The notes: a model not told the origin generated them from the sequence alone. A DNA stretch of 64,000 bases from a virus (IMGVR_UViG_3300020011_000226:1-64000); one strand, 5' to 3'. Positions 7,594 through 17,617 are shown, counted from the first letter of the stretch. Made by a program: numbers and translations.

Positions 7594-9519
7594 ATGAAAA
7601 GACAGGTTGCAACAAACAGGTTTTCTGTTTCTACGGTGAAAGATGGTGAGGATGGGGCGAGCACAGCAGTAGTTGTGCTCACCCCCTCTGTTATACCCAT
7701 AAAGGTACAGTCTACTTACTATAAGACAACTGAAAGTCAGACATTTCTTATTGGTGTGAGTCTTCAGGTGGGAAACAGCTATGCAACAATTACCTCTATT
7801 ACCAACACTTCGATCTCAGATATTTCCATATCAAATTTTGTAACAGAGAACAGAATAATAATCAAAATTCTCGGCAATGTGTTATTTTCAGCAGCGGCTA
7901 ATTCTACCATCACAGTGACAGGTGTGCTGAGCGGTGTTACCTACACAGCTATGGCAACACTGCAATTGTATCCCAATGTGATGGGTTCAGACGCTGTAGA
8001 ATACAGGTTAGAATGCAGTACTTCTACGGTAGTATTTGAAAAAGGGTATTCTGGAACTATAATTGCCAATCCTGCTAACTATACTTTACAGCTGAGGAAG
8101 ACAGAAGGCAGTACAAGCTCTGTTTTAAGCAGCTTGCCAAGTGGTTACTACCTGAAATACAAAGAGGGTGATGAGGGTGTTTGGGATGATTGTGGTTTGG
8201 CGGAATATAGTGCTCTTTCTGAGCTGATGGAGGGCGCATTGTCAAAGATAAGCTACGGTCTTTTTTGTGGTACTACCCTCTTGCAGAAAATAACAGTAAC
8301 ATCCCAGTGGAATTATAACAGGATGCTGCTACCGTCAGGAACTTATATTGATAAACAATATACACGTGATGATACCAGTACACCCCTTGTCTATTATAAT
8401 GGAAGCTATTGGTATTTAGTGGCAGACAACAACGTGGTTAGCCTTGCTAATGAGGCTCCATCATCACAGAGTACTGTATGGAGGCAGGCTACTGAGTACG
8501 AGGTAGTGCTTACAAGAATGCTCTTTGCAGACTTTGCCCAAATGGGAGGTTTTATTGTATATGGAGACTATTTTTTCTCCCGTTATGGGTGGCTCATTCC
8601 TTCTTCTGGAGATGATATAACTGTGGACTCCACCAATGTTGATGATGGCATAACCTATGGTGGTAAAGTACCTTATGGTTGGTTTGACAGCAGTCATCCA
8701 ATGGCAGAGACCTCTCCCAGCACAGGCTACTATTTCAGGCCTATGAAGCTTGTCAATGCTGTGACAGGAGAGGAATGGATGGCAGGTGGCAAGGTGCATG
8801 TAGACAGTGGGGGTAATATGACAATCCAGAATATTTCTGTCCAGAATGCTTTTGTTAGCGGAAGCCTTATGGCATACCGGGTAATGACTAAAAGCACTGC
8901 AATTTCCTCTGGGACATCTTTGTACACAGCACGGCTATACGATGTTCCAGAACTATCTACTACAATAAAAAGACTGCCTTTTACATTGGAGTGTGACATA
9001 TTTATTTTGACTGGCCCGTATGATGACCAGAATCACAATAACTATAGTTGGTACGGCCATCTGATAGAGCTACCTCCTGCAAGCTTGTTTGTAGGCGCGA
9101 GAATTAAAATAATCAACGGTACTTATAAGCAAGAGAGTGGCAAGGCAAAAGAGAACATCCCCAGCATTATCAATTTGATGGTGTGGCATCCAGACATGCC
9201 TGGTGGCTATACCCCAGAAGATTATGCTTTATATAATCCTGATGGAATAGATTACAGGCACGAGAACAGCGGAGATGGAAATATAGCTATGAACAGCCTG
9301 CATGTCCCCATTCCGTTTGAGGGCTGTAATGCTAATGGCGATACTGTTGTTTATTACTATGGTGACTGTGAACATATCATTTACAAAGACTATGAGTCGG
9401 TGGAACTTGTGGCGACTGTCAATCCTTTTCAGGGCAGCTATAATCCAAACTTCACAAACTATAATGAAAACAACTATGTGTGGATGGTTATTGGCATGCA
9501 GAAAAGGACAGTACAGTAA
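7594..9519 (+). CDS. Putative tail fibre/spike protein
   Basis: 641 aa, KDGEDG linker, YNGSYWY..P..W module, FAQMGGF repeat, variable C-terminal domain. Confidence 0.6.
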   Translation: MKRQVATNRFSVSTVKDGEDGASTAVVVLTPSVIPIKVQSTYYKTTESQTFLIGVSLQVGNSYATITSITNTSISDISISNFVTENRIIIKILGNVLFSAAANSTITVTGVLSGVTYTAMATLQLYPNVMGSDAVEYRLECSTSTVVFEKGYSGTIIANPANYTLQLRKTEGSTSSVLSSLPSGYYLKYKEGDEGVWDDCGLAEYSALSELMEGALSKISYGLFCGTTLLQKITVTSQWNYNRMLLPSGTYIDKQYTRDDTSTPLVYYNGSYWYLVADNNVVSLANEAPSSQSTVWRQATEYEVVLTRMLFADFAQMGGFIVYGDYFFSRYGWLIPSSGDDITVDSTNVDDGITYGGKVPYGWFDSSHPMAETSPSTGYYFRPMKLVNAVTGEEWMAGGKVHVDSGGNMTIQNISVQNAFVSGSLMAYRVMTKSTAISSGTSLYTARLYDVPELSTTIKRLPFTLECDIFILTGPYDDQNHNNYSWYGHLIELPPASLFVGARIKIINGTYKQESGKAKENIPSIINLMVWHPDMPGGYTPEDYALYNPDGIDYRHENSGDGNIAMNSLHVPIPFEGCNANGDTVVYYYGDCEHIIYKDYESVELVATVNPFQGSYNPNFTNYNENNYVWMVIGMQKRTVQ

Positions 9520-9566
9520 AGTTAACGAATTATTTATAACATATAACATAAGAAAGGAAATAAATT

Positions 9567-10328
9567 ATGAACATTAAAGATGCAGTAAAAGAATTATTGG
9601 TAGCAAGTGGGACATTCTCATTTGACTCTAAGCTCCCTATAGCTGACAGTAATGGGAACCTCACAGGCATGGTGAAAATGGATATGCTTGCACTGTTTAC
9701 AGATGAAAGTATTAAGGTGGCAATAACCCGTGTTTCTGACCATTATCCTTTAATGGTATCCCCAAGAGCCTGGATTGCCTCTTATAATTCAGCTAGTTAC
9801 ATAGTAGATGGTGTGGTCATACAAGATTCAGCCAACACGTTTGTCATAGCCAAGGATGAGAATAATCTGTCTTGGGGTAATGGAGAGGATGCTTATGCAG
9901 ATACTGGCAATGCTTATATTTCTGGAAATGCCAATACTTACAAGGCTCTGAGGGATTTCGATGGCGTTGAGAGAACTGCAAAGATTTTAGCTGTTACAAA
10001 ATACCAGGAAACAGACAGAGCACCTGGGTGGTGTAATGCTTATACAACAGTTACTGACTATAGTTCAGGAAAAAGCTACGACGTACGCAAGGCTGGATGT
10101 TGGAGGATTCCTACATTGGGTGAGCTGAACATAATCTATAGCAAGAAAAATAAAATTAACGCTCTTATGCTTCTTATTAACGGCACTACTCTATCTGATG
10201 CTTGGTACTGGAGTTGTACTGAGTGGGGCAGTCACCACTCTTGGCATCTGTTCTTGGACGATGGGCATGTGGGCAACGGCAGCGGCAAGGACCATCAGGG
10301 CAGGGTTCGCCCTGTATGTAATTTTTAA
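9567..10328 (+). CDS. DGR target protein with C-terminal C-type-lectin-fold variable domain (putative receptor-binding protein)
   Basis: WRIPTLGEL and YWSCTE...RVRPV motifs; its 3' end (VR) is an adenine-specific variant of TR at 10810-10900. Confidence 0.85.
   Translation: MNIKDAVKELLVASGTFSFDSKLPIADSNGNLTGMVKMDMLALFTDESIKVAITRVSDHYPLMVSPRAWIASYNSASYIVDGVVIQDSANTFVIAKDENNLSWGNGEDAYADTGNAYISGNANTYKALRDFDGVERTAKILAVTKYQETDRAPGWCNAYTTVTDYSSGKSYDVRKAGCWRIPTLGELNIIYSKKNKINALMLLINGTTLSDAWYWSCTEWGSHHSWHLFLDDGHVGNGSGKDHQGRVRPVCNF
10217..10310 (+). repeat. DGR variable repeat (VR)
   Basis: Aligns to TR with 17 substitutions, all at TR adenines, plus one extra codon. Confidence 0.9.
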
Positions 10329-10358
10329 TTAGTAGTTCGTGGAATTAAGATAGACAAT

Positions 10359-10703
10359 ATGGCTCTTGCAAGTTCAATAGAAATATATAACAGTGTTTAT
10401 AAATTAGCAGAATTTATTTTCCCTTTAACCCGCAAGTTTCCAAAAGATGTAAAGCCTACACTTGCCAGAAGGATGGAAGACTGCCTATTGGACATGGCAG
10501 ACAGAGCTATGGAGTCTTACTTAATAAAAGACAGTGACAAGAAGCTGCAACTTACATTCAGTATAAGATTGCTGTATGAAAAATTGCAGTTTCTTGTCAA
10601 TCTTTGTGTGAAGGAAAAATACCTGTCAATAGGACAACAGGCAGAAATATCCTTACGGATGGTAAAAATCAGCAATATGCTGGAAAAAGAATCTTCTAAA
10701 TAA
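10359..10703 (+). CDS. avd: DGR accessory variability determinant (four-helix bundle)
   Basis: 114 aa helical protein with IY...KFPKD...LARR motif, located between VR and TR. Confidence 0.8.
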   Translation: MALASSIEIYNSVYKLAEFIFPLTRKFPKDVKPTLARRMEDCLLDMADRAMESYLIKDSDKKLQLTFSIRLLYEKLQFLVNLCVKEKYLSIGQQAEISLRMVKISNMLEKESSK

Positions 10704-10809
10704 TTACTTTGACAATGGGGGTATATAGTCTAAGGACATATACAATTAATTATCAATACAGATGGTCTGCATACTGTCTTTTACAGTTAAGAATAAGGAA
10801 ATGCAGAAA

Positions 10810-10900
10810 TACTGAGTGGGGCAGTAACAACTCTTGGAATCTGAACTTGAACAATGGGAATGTGAACAACAACAACAAGAACAATCAGAACAGGGTTCGC
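10810..10900 (+). repeat. DGR template repeat (TR)
   Basis: AAC/AAT-rich copy of VR between avd and the RT remnant. Confidence 0.9.
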
Positions 10901-10929
10901 AACGGTAAAGAAATTAAAGTCAGATAAAA

Positions 10930-11238
10930 GTGATTACTTACGAAGATTTGTTTATAGCATATTATAGATGTTTGAAAAATAAAAGAAATTCTCTTGGGGC
11001 CAAGAAATACTTCTTTGGTTTTGAAGAGGATTTAGTACGGCTTGCTGATGAGATAAACAACAGGACATATACTATATCTGCAAGTACTGTATTTATTGTT
11101 TCAGCACAGGTCTCCGAGGTTAAGGAGTTGAGGGAACAGGTAGGCTTTCTACAGACGCAGCTTACAGAAGCACTGACTCTGCTTAAAGCTGGGAATGCTG
11201 CTGGAACACAACAGCCTGCCCAGCAGAAAACAGCTTAA
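10930..11238 (+). pseudogene. Truncated DGR reverse transcriptase (about 57 N-terminal codons) fused in frame to the C-terminus of an unrelated coiled-coil gene
   Basis: EDLFIAYYRCLKNKR...EEDLVRLADEINNRTY..S..FIV is the DGR RT N-terminal signature. The sequence after about 11100 is unrelated and has no YxDD. Confidence 0.8.
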
Positions 11239-11254
11239 AAAGAAAGGAAAGACT

Positions 11255-11479
11255 ATGGTAATAATGTTTAAGATGTCTGCTGCCAAGAAAGAAAAGATGC
11301 TTGGCAAGCTGGAGAAGATGGAGAGCTTCATCGAGGAGTTCAAGGAGTGCCTTGAAAATGCTGAAGTAGATGATGATGCTGAGTACAGAGATGGCCATTC
11401 CCATCTTGACCATGAGGAGGAGATGGAGCTGAAGAAGCTTGCCAGCCGCTACCTCAAGATGAAGAAGATGGGTATGTAG
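11255..11479 (+). CDS. Small hypothetical phage protein
   Basis: ATG at 11255 after a purine-rich leader; 74 aa charged helical protein. Confidence 0.6.
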   Translation: MVIMFKMSAAKKEKMLGKLEKMESFIEEFKECLENAEVDDDAEYRDGHSHLDHEEEMELKKLASRYLKMKKMGM

Positions 11480-11539
11480 TATTAATTGGTGGGTCTGGTG
11501 GATATGCTGCCAGACCTGCTATTAAAATAAGGTATAACT

Positions 11540-11956
11540 ATGTATCAGAAGACTATGGGAAGTTATGACGAGATACCTGAGGCCATGAAGGTATATATCA
11601 ACAACTATGGCTGTCACTTTAACAGGAAACTGTATGAAGAGGCAGTTAGTAGGATGTACACTAAGAATGGAGCTAAGAAGGAATATATCAAGCCTTATAC
11701 CAAAGAGCAGGTTGACGGGCTGTTGGAGACTTATGGCATAAGCCTGAAAAGGAAGAAGATGTATGATGCTGCGTATGTTGCCTGCATGTGCAAAGCTGAT
11801 TATTTAGGCAAGTCTGTTCCCGATGAGGAGCATCTGGCTATGTTTGTAAGGGATATGATTGATGATCCTGATGCAGATGAAGGCTTTGTCTTTAACAGGT
11901 TTGTAGCAGATGCCTACTTTATGAATAACCCGATTGATTGGGAAGACATGCTTTGA
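11540..11956 (+). CDS. Conserved Bacteroidales phage hypothetical protein
   Basis: YINNYGCHFNRKLYEEAVSRM...YVACMCKADY...IDDPD...IDWEDML pattern, recalled from Bacteroidales phages. Confidence 0.7.
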   Translation: MYQKTMGSYDEIPEAMKVYINNYGCHFNRKLYEEAVSRMYTKNGAKKEYIKPYTKEQVDGLLETYGISLKRKKMYDAAYVACMCKADYLGKSVPDEEHLAMFVRDMIDDPDADEGFVFNRFVADAYFMNNPIDWEDML

Positions 11957-11989
11957 TTTCTTTTGGGAGAACAAAAAAGCACACTGTAA

Positions 11990-12376
11990 ATGATAAGGCA
12001 GCATTTCTATGTCAGGAACTATTGGGAAGTAGTCATTTTCTATGATTTGGATTATGACTACTTTTACTTTGTCTATCAGGAAATGAGGGACAAAGGGTTT
12101 AGTCATGAGTTTGTGGAAAGAGTGTACAGGAATATGCATAGTGGAAAGGCAAAAGCTGTTACTTGCAGTGACTTGGGGAAGTGTGTCAGTATAGTGCTTT
12201 TTAACAAACATCAGAGTGTTGGGGACTATGTGGACTCTTTGGTGCATGAGGCAGAGCATATAAAACAGGCTATGCTTGCAGCATATCAAGTAAAAGACGC
12301 TGGAGAGCCACCAGCCTATACCATAGGATATTTGGTTATGAGGATGTGGGAGGTGTTTGGGAGGATACTATCTTAG
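11990..12376 (+). CDS. Small zincin-like (HExxH) protein
   Basis: SLVHEAEH followed by GEPPAY. Confidence 0.6.
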   Translation: MIRQHFYVRNYWEVVIFYDLDYDYFYFVYQEMRDKGFSHEFVERVYRNMHSGKAKAVTCSDLGKCVSIVLFNKHQSVGDYVDSLVHEAEHIKQAMLAAYQVKDAGEPPAYTIGYLVMRMWEVFGRILS

Positions 12377-12392
12377 GGCAATCTTTAGACCT

Positions 12393-12423
12393 TTTGACAG
12401 AATCAAAAGGCACAGTACTTTTG
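12393..12423 (+). promoter_or_regulatory. Bacteroidetes promoter (-33 TTTG / -7 TACTTTTG) for the terminase gene
   Basis: TTTG 12393-12396, 19 nt spacer, TACTTTTG 12416-12423. Confidence 0.6.
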
Positions 12424-12447
12424 CAATTGGAAAAGTAGAAGATTGTT

Positions 12448-14688
12448 ATGGATAACATTGTATTTAACAGGTGTCAGACACCTTTGGAGGAACTGCATCT
12501 TAAAGACTATCCCCAAGAGGTGCAGGAGAATTTCTGGGACTTTCTGAATAATGTACCATTCATAAGATGGATGGTGTCCCCTAACAGACCATTGATTTCT
12601 GAGTTGCCAAGGGATGAGTATGGGAGAGCTATCATAGATGTCACTCATCCTCCTATCTTGGAAGGCACTGACTATTTCAGGCAGACCGCTATGAAGTGGC
12701 AGGAGGAAGGAAAATACACCAACTTGAAGCCCAATGCCAATCCCCAGAGTGATTTTGGAAAGTGGTTGAGAGAGGAGAGAAGGAGAGGGTGGGAAGGCTA
12801 TCTTAATCCTGAGACTGGTATGTGGGTTACTGGAGATTACTACTGGGTATTAAACTATTGCCCTATGCACCTTGTGGTCAAGAGAGAGGATGGTCTTGAG
12901 ATGCGTACTACCAGACATCCTAACTTTTGGGATGGCCAGTTCTTGGCCTCCCACTATATCCTTCAAGCCAGACAGAAAAAGCATCATGCTGCCTACCTTG
13001 CCTCGCGTGGTAAAGGTAAAACCACACTCGGTGGAGGTATGCTGGCAAAGAGGTTTATCATAGGAGAATTTGAGAATAATAGAAGAGAAATACAATGCTT
13101 GGTAACAGCTGCTGATAAAACAAAGCTTATTGGAGTCAACCAAATTCTTTCTGTCTTTATTGATAATATAGACTTTACTGCTAAGAATACTCAGTTTGCC
13201 TCTCATAGACTCAAGAGCAGTGTGCAAGAATTAACATGGCAAATGGGCTACAAGAAGTCTGGTTCAGATGTACAGTATGGTAGTAGGAATTCTGTCCAAG
13301 GTATTGTCTCAGGTGTCAATCAAGATAAATTGAATGGCTCCCGTGGTGTACTTTATATCATTGAGGAGGCAGGTATCTTCAAAGACCTCAATGACCTATA
13401 TGGGCTTATTAGACCTTCAGTAGAACAAGGCTCCTCAGTGTTTGGAGAAATACTGCTTTACGGCACTGCGGGCAATGAACAATCAGACTTTACTGCCTTC
13501 TCTGAGATGTTTTATTCTCCTGATGGTTACAACCTTTACGGCTTGGAGAATGTCTTTGACAAGGAGGGTCAAGGCAGGAAACAATGCTGTTTCTTCTATC
13601 CTGTCTATATGAACTATGATGATAGCTGTATAGATAAAGATGGCAACAGTGATATAACCAAAGCTCTACTGATGATTTGTGCAGACAGATATAAGGTGAA
13701 GTATGGTAGTACAGATATTAATGCTATTGCTAAACGTATCTCCCAGTATCCTGTTACTCCTCAAGAGGCTATTATTAGAAGCAGAAACAACATGTTCCCT
13801 GTAACAGAACTTAATGAAAGGCTTAATCAGATTGACAACAATCCAGAAGAGTACAGTGATGTTTATGTTGGGGACTTAGTTCAGAGTGGAGGAACTGTTG
13901 AATTTAAGCCTACTGGTGATATTCCTATCAGAGACTTTCCAACCAAGGATAACAAGGTGACAGGAGCTATTGAGATTTATACTATGCCACAAAAGAATTC
14001 TGAAGGCAAGATACCTGTAGGAAGATATATAGCTGGTGCGGATCCCTATGATAATGATGTGGCTGATACTATGTCATTAGGTTCTTTCTTTGTGCTTGAC
14101 CTATGGACTGATAAGATAGTAATGGAGTACACAGGCAGGCCTATGTATGCAGATGACTTCTATGAGATATGCAGGTTAGGATGTCTTTTCTATAAAGCTA
14201 CCCTTCTCTATGAACAGAATAAGAAAGGTTTGTATCCTTATTTCAGGCAAAAGAACAGTCTTCACCTTCTGGCTGATACCCCAGAATATCTCGTAGACAA
14301 ACAGCTTGTCAAGAGTATAGGCTATGGTAACACTCGCAAAGGTGTTAATACTACAGTTCCTGTGAAAGACTATGGCCTTAGATTGATTAGAGACTGGCTA
14401 TTAAAACCAGTGCCTAAAACAGAAGTTGACTCAGAAGGCAATGAAGTGGAGGTAACTATCTCTAATCTATATAATATAAGGTGTAGAGCATTGCTGAAGG
14501 AGTTAATACTTTGGAATCCAATTATCAATGTAGACCGTGTGATGGCTATGTGTATGCTTATGATTTACAGAGAAGAGAAGATGATACTCTATCAGGGAGA
14601 TGTGAAGAAGGCAGAGCATATACCAACAGGAATAGAGGCAGATAAATATTGGGACAAAAACTATCCTGGGAAGAAAAAGAAGTGGTAA
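12448..14688 (+). CDS. terL: Terminase large subunit
   Basis: Walker A ASRGKGKT, Walker B YIIEEAG, YGTAG coupling motif, nuclease GADPYD and C-terminal DRV; crAss-like length (746 aa). Confidence 0.9.
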   Translation: MDNIVFNRCQTPLEELHLKDYPQEVQENFWDFLNNVPFIRWMVSPNRPLISELPRDEYGRAIIDVTHPPILEGTDYFRQTAMKWQEEGKYTNLKPNANPQSDFGKWLREERRRGWEGYLNPETGMWVTGDYYWVLNYCPMHLVVKREDGLEMRTTRHPNFWDGQFLASHYILQARQKKHHAAYLASRGKGKTTLGGGMLAKRFIIGEFENNRREIQCLVTAADKTKLIGVNQILSVFIDNIDFTAKNTQFASHRLKSSVQELTWQMGYKKSGSDVQYGSRNSVQGIVSGVNQDKLNGSRGVLYIIEEAGIFKDLNDLYGLIRPSVEQGSSVFGEILLYGTAGNEQSDFTAFSEMFYSPDGYNLYGLENVFDKEGQGRKQCCFFYPVYMNYDDSCIDKDGNSDITKALLMICADRYKVKYGSTDINAIAKRISQYPVTPQEAIIRSRNNMFPVTELNERLNQIDNNPEEYSDVYVGDLVQSGGTVEFKPTGDIPIRDFPTKDNKVTGAIEIYTMPQKNSEGKIPVGRYIAGADPYDNDVADTMSLGSFFVLDLWTDKIVMEYTGRPMYADDFYEICRLGCLFYKATLLYEQNKKGLYPYFRQKNSLHLLADTPEYLVDKQLVKSIGYGNTRKGVNTTVPVKDYGLRLIRDWLLKPVPKTEVDSEGNEVEVTISNLYNIRCRALLKELILWNPIINVDRVMAMCMLMIYREEKMILYQGDVKKAEHIPTGIEADKYWDKNYPGKKKKW

Positions 14689-14768
14689 AAGAGAGTGCTT
14701 TTCTAAGTACCTTTTTTAGTAGAACTTAAGGATGGGTTAAGAGAAAGAATAAAAAATTAACATTTATG

Positions 14769-14776
14769 TATTTTTG
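14769..14776 (+). promoter_or_regulatory. -7 promoter box, capsid operon
   Basis: TATTTTTG(C) upstream of 14825. Confidence 0.55.
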
Positions 14777-14824
14777 CAGCAGAAGATTGTAGAACAAAAG
14801 TAGAATTTAAAGAGAAGGATAACA

Positions 14825-16006
14825 ATGGCAATGATGGATTTTAACTCAATCCTCGGAGAACAGGAGGTTGACTCTTTGTTCAGTGATGTTGAGGAGACTA
14901 CCACCCAAGAGCAGGGGGTAGACCCTGGGAAGGAGAACCCAGACGAGACTAAAAATAATGAGACAAATGGTACTACTGAGGTTGTAGATTCCAATGACCT
15001 TTTCGGAGGGGATATACCTGAGGAAAAACAGCCAGAGAGCGTAGGTAGGGGTAATACAGAAGAGAAAAAGGGGGATACTGTTCCTGATAAAGGCAGTGAC
15101 ACTTCTCCAAATCTCTACTCTTCCATTGCCAATGCCTGTGCAGTGGATGGTATCTTCCCTAACTCTGATGATGAGACGATTAAAAAGGTGGATTCAGCTG
15201 AAGCATTCAGCGATTTAATTTCAGCGGAAATTGAAGCAAGGTTGGATGATGCCCAACGTAGAGTCCTTAAGGCCCTTGAGAATGGTGTTGAACCCAATGA
15301 CATCAGGATGTATGAGAATACCCTGAACAACCTGTCCAAAATCACAGATGCCCAGATTTCTGAGGAGAGTGAGCAGGGGCAGAACATCAGAAAGGAGCTT
15401 ATCTATCGGGATTTCCTGAACAAAGGCTATTCCCATGAAAGAGCACTCAAGCTGACGGAAAGGAGCATTGATGCAGGAACTGATGTGGAGGATGCAAAAG
15501 ATGCTCTCCAAGGTAACAAAGACTTCTTCCAGAACCAGTATAACAAGCTGTTGGAAGATGCCCAGGAAGAGGCTAAGAAGGACAAAGCAGAAAGGCAGAA
15601 ACAAGAAGCCAATCTTAAGAAGAGTATTCTGGAGGACAAGCAGCTGATGGGTGATTTGGAGATTAGTCAGGAACTTCGCAAGAGGGTTTATGACAATATC
15701 ACTAAGCCAGTATACAAAGATCCTGAGACAGGAGAGTACATGACATCACTCCAGAAATATGAAGTGGAGAATCGCGCTGATTTCATCAAGTATGTCGGAC
15801 TCATCTACACCATGACTGATGGCTTCAAGGACTTTGAGTCCTTTACCAAAGGCAAGGTGAAGAAAGAAGTAAGAAAAGGTCTGAGAGACTTGGAACAGGT
15901 ACTGAACAATACCAAGAGAGACCCCAGTGGAGCACTCAATTTGGTAGGAGGCGGTAAGGATGACCCAGAATCATTCCTTGGTGGAGGATTCAAGTTGGCT
16001 CTCTAG
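14825..16006 (+). CDS. Putative capsid scaffolding-like protein
   Basis: Acidic disordered N-terminus and coiled coil; lies immediately upstream of the MCP as in crAss-like phages. Confidence 0.6.
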   Translation: MAMMDFNSILGEQEVDSLFSDVEETTTQEQGVDPGKENPDETKNNETNGTTEVVDSNDLFGGDIPEEKQPESVGRGNTEEKKGDTVPDKGSDTSPNLYSSIANACAVDGIFPNSDDETIKKVDSAEAFSDLISAEIEARLDDAQRRVLKALENGVEPNDIRMYENTLNNLSKITDAQISEESEQGQNIRKELIYRDFLNKGYSHERALKLTERSIDAGTDVEDAKDALQGNKDFFQNQYNKLLEDAQEEAKKDKAERQKQEANLKKSILEDKQLMGDLEISQELRKRVYDNITKPVYKDPETGEYMTSLQKYEVENRADFIKYVGLIYTMTDGFKDFESFTKGKVKKEVRKGLRDLEQVLNNTKRDPSGALNLVGGGKDDPESFLGGGFKLAL

Positions 16007-16090
16007 ACATTAAGAAATAAATCCTGTGGCAAAATCACAGGATACAGCAAAGTAAAAAGATTGTTTTTTAATGTTTAACATTTAATAGAA

Positions 16091-17617
16091 ATGGGTAAAT
16101 TAGGTAAGTTTCAAAGTTTGGAATTTGACAGCTGGGGTAAGACTACCAAGCTGAATCATGTTCAGCAGTTCTTCCTGGGTAATGCCTATACAAGGTATCC
16201 CCTTCAGGCAACTAATCTGACTGTGCAGCTTCTGGCCTTCCATAAGGGCAAGACACTGGACACCTTCCTGTCACAGTTCCCAACCAAGAAGTTTGAATCA
16301 GATGATGAGTACACATGGGATGTTATTGGTTCAATGACCAAGAACCTTCCTCTGGTGGAGGCAAGGACTCTCAATGGTACTGTAGTGGCAGCTGATGCTG
16401 ACAATGTAGGTATTAATGGCGAACCTTTCTATGTGGTATTTGATGAGGATTTGTTTGCTGATGGTGCTATTATCGTAGGTGAGCTGAATGAGATTTATCA
16501 GCTGAGAATCCTTGGTGATGGTTATCGTGAGGGTACTAACATCCGCTACAAGGTACAGCTCTTTGGTAATGTAGATGGTATGCCTGCTGAGCAGTTGCAG
16601 CCTGGTAAGAGGTTCTCTAAGGAGTATGCTCCTGTTGAGCGTGAGTTCAGCCGTATGGTTGATGACATCACCTTCTCCAGTCCTATTGCCATGCGCAATG
16701 AGTTCTCTACCATCCGTATGAAGCACAAGGTTTCTGGTGCTCTGGTCAAGAAGAAGATTGCCTTTGGTGTTCCTGTTGAGCAGACTGATGCCAATGGTAA
16801 GACCGTCGTGAAGAACTTTGACATGTGGATGCATTATGAGCAGTGGGTACTTGAGCAGCAGTGGAATGCAGCCAAGAACAAGCTGATTGCCTATGGTAGG
16901 TCTAACCGCAACAAGAATGGTGAGTATCTTGACATTGGTAAGTCTGGTGAGGTTATTCGCTCTGGTGCAGGTCTGTTCCAGCAGATGGAGGTAAACAACA
17001 CTGAGTTCTACAACACCTTCTCCCTGAAGAAGATTGAGGATGCCTTGTTGAACCTCTCAGCAGCTAACCTGGACTACAACAACCGTGTATTTGTACTCAA
17101 GACTGGTGAGCGTGGTGCTGTACAGTTCCATAAGGCAGCTCTTGATACTGTAAGTGGCTGGACTGCCTTCACCACTAATGCAGATGCAATTGGCATGGTA
17201 AGGAAGGTTAACTCTCCAATCCATGAGAATGCTCTGTCTATTGGTGCTCAGATTGTGGAGTACAAGGCTCCTAATGGCGTGACTGTCAAGGTAGATATTG
17301 ACCCCATGTATGACGATCCTGTACGCAATAAGATTATGCACCCCAATGGTGGCCCTGCTTATTCTTATAGGTATGACATCTTTGACATTGGTACAATGGA
17401 GCAGCCCAACATCTTCAAGGTAGCCGTTAATGGCATGGAAGGTGATATTACTGGTTACCAGTGGGGTATGCGTAATCCTTTCACAGGTGCTATTGGCAAT
17501 GACAACATGAGCTATGATGAGGATAGTGCAATCATCCACAAGCAGACTACTACTGGTGTATGTGTACTTGATCCCACAAGAACCATGAGTATTATTCCCG
17601 CTGTATTGCAGGGCTAA
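16091..17617 (+). CDS. Major capsid protein (crAss-like, HK97 fold)
   Basis: 508 aa, strongly biased high-expression codon usage, DDEYTWDV, MRNEFSTIR and GAGLFQQME motifs, position in head module. Confidence 0.85.
   Translation: MGKLGKFQSLEFDSWGKTTKLNHVQQFFLGNAYTRYPLQATNLTVQLLAFHKGKTLDTFLSQFPTKKFESDDEYTWDVIGSMTKNLPLVEARTLNGTVVAADADNVGINGEPFYVVFDEDLFADGAIIVGELNEIYQLRILGDGYREGTNIRYKVQLFGNVDGMPAEQLQPGKRFSKEYAPVEREFSRMVDDITFSSPIAMRNEFSTIRMKHKVSGALVKKKIAFGVPVEQTDANGKTVVKNFDMWMHYEQWVLEQQWNAAKNKLIAYGRSNRNKNGEYLDIGKSGEVIRSGAGLFQQMEVNNTEFYNTFSLKKIEDALLNLSAANLDYNNRVFVLKTGERGAVQFHKAALDTVSGWTAFTTNADAIGMVRKVNSPIHENALSIGAQIVEYKAPNGVTVKVDIDPMYDDPVRNKIMHPNGGPAYSYRYDIFDIGTMEQPNIFKVAVNGMEGDITGYQWGMRNPFTGAIGNDNMSYDEDSAIIHKQTTTGVCVLDPTRTMSIIPAVLQG

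Noticed and set aside
7594-9519. Second DGR target in the 641 aa fibre gene
   Set aside because: Its 3' end does not align with TR; no second VR was noticed by eye
10709-10927. 72 aa Asn-rich ORF
   Set aside because: It is the DGR template repeat read in frame; probably functions as RNA
12448-17617. Introns or inteins in terL or MCP
   Set aside because: Both ORFs are continuous and of ordinary length, with no intein-like insert noticed
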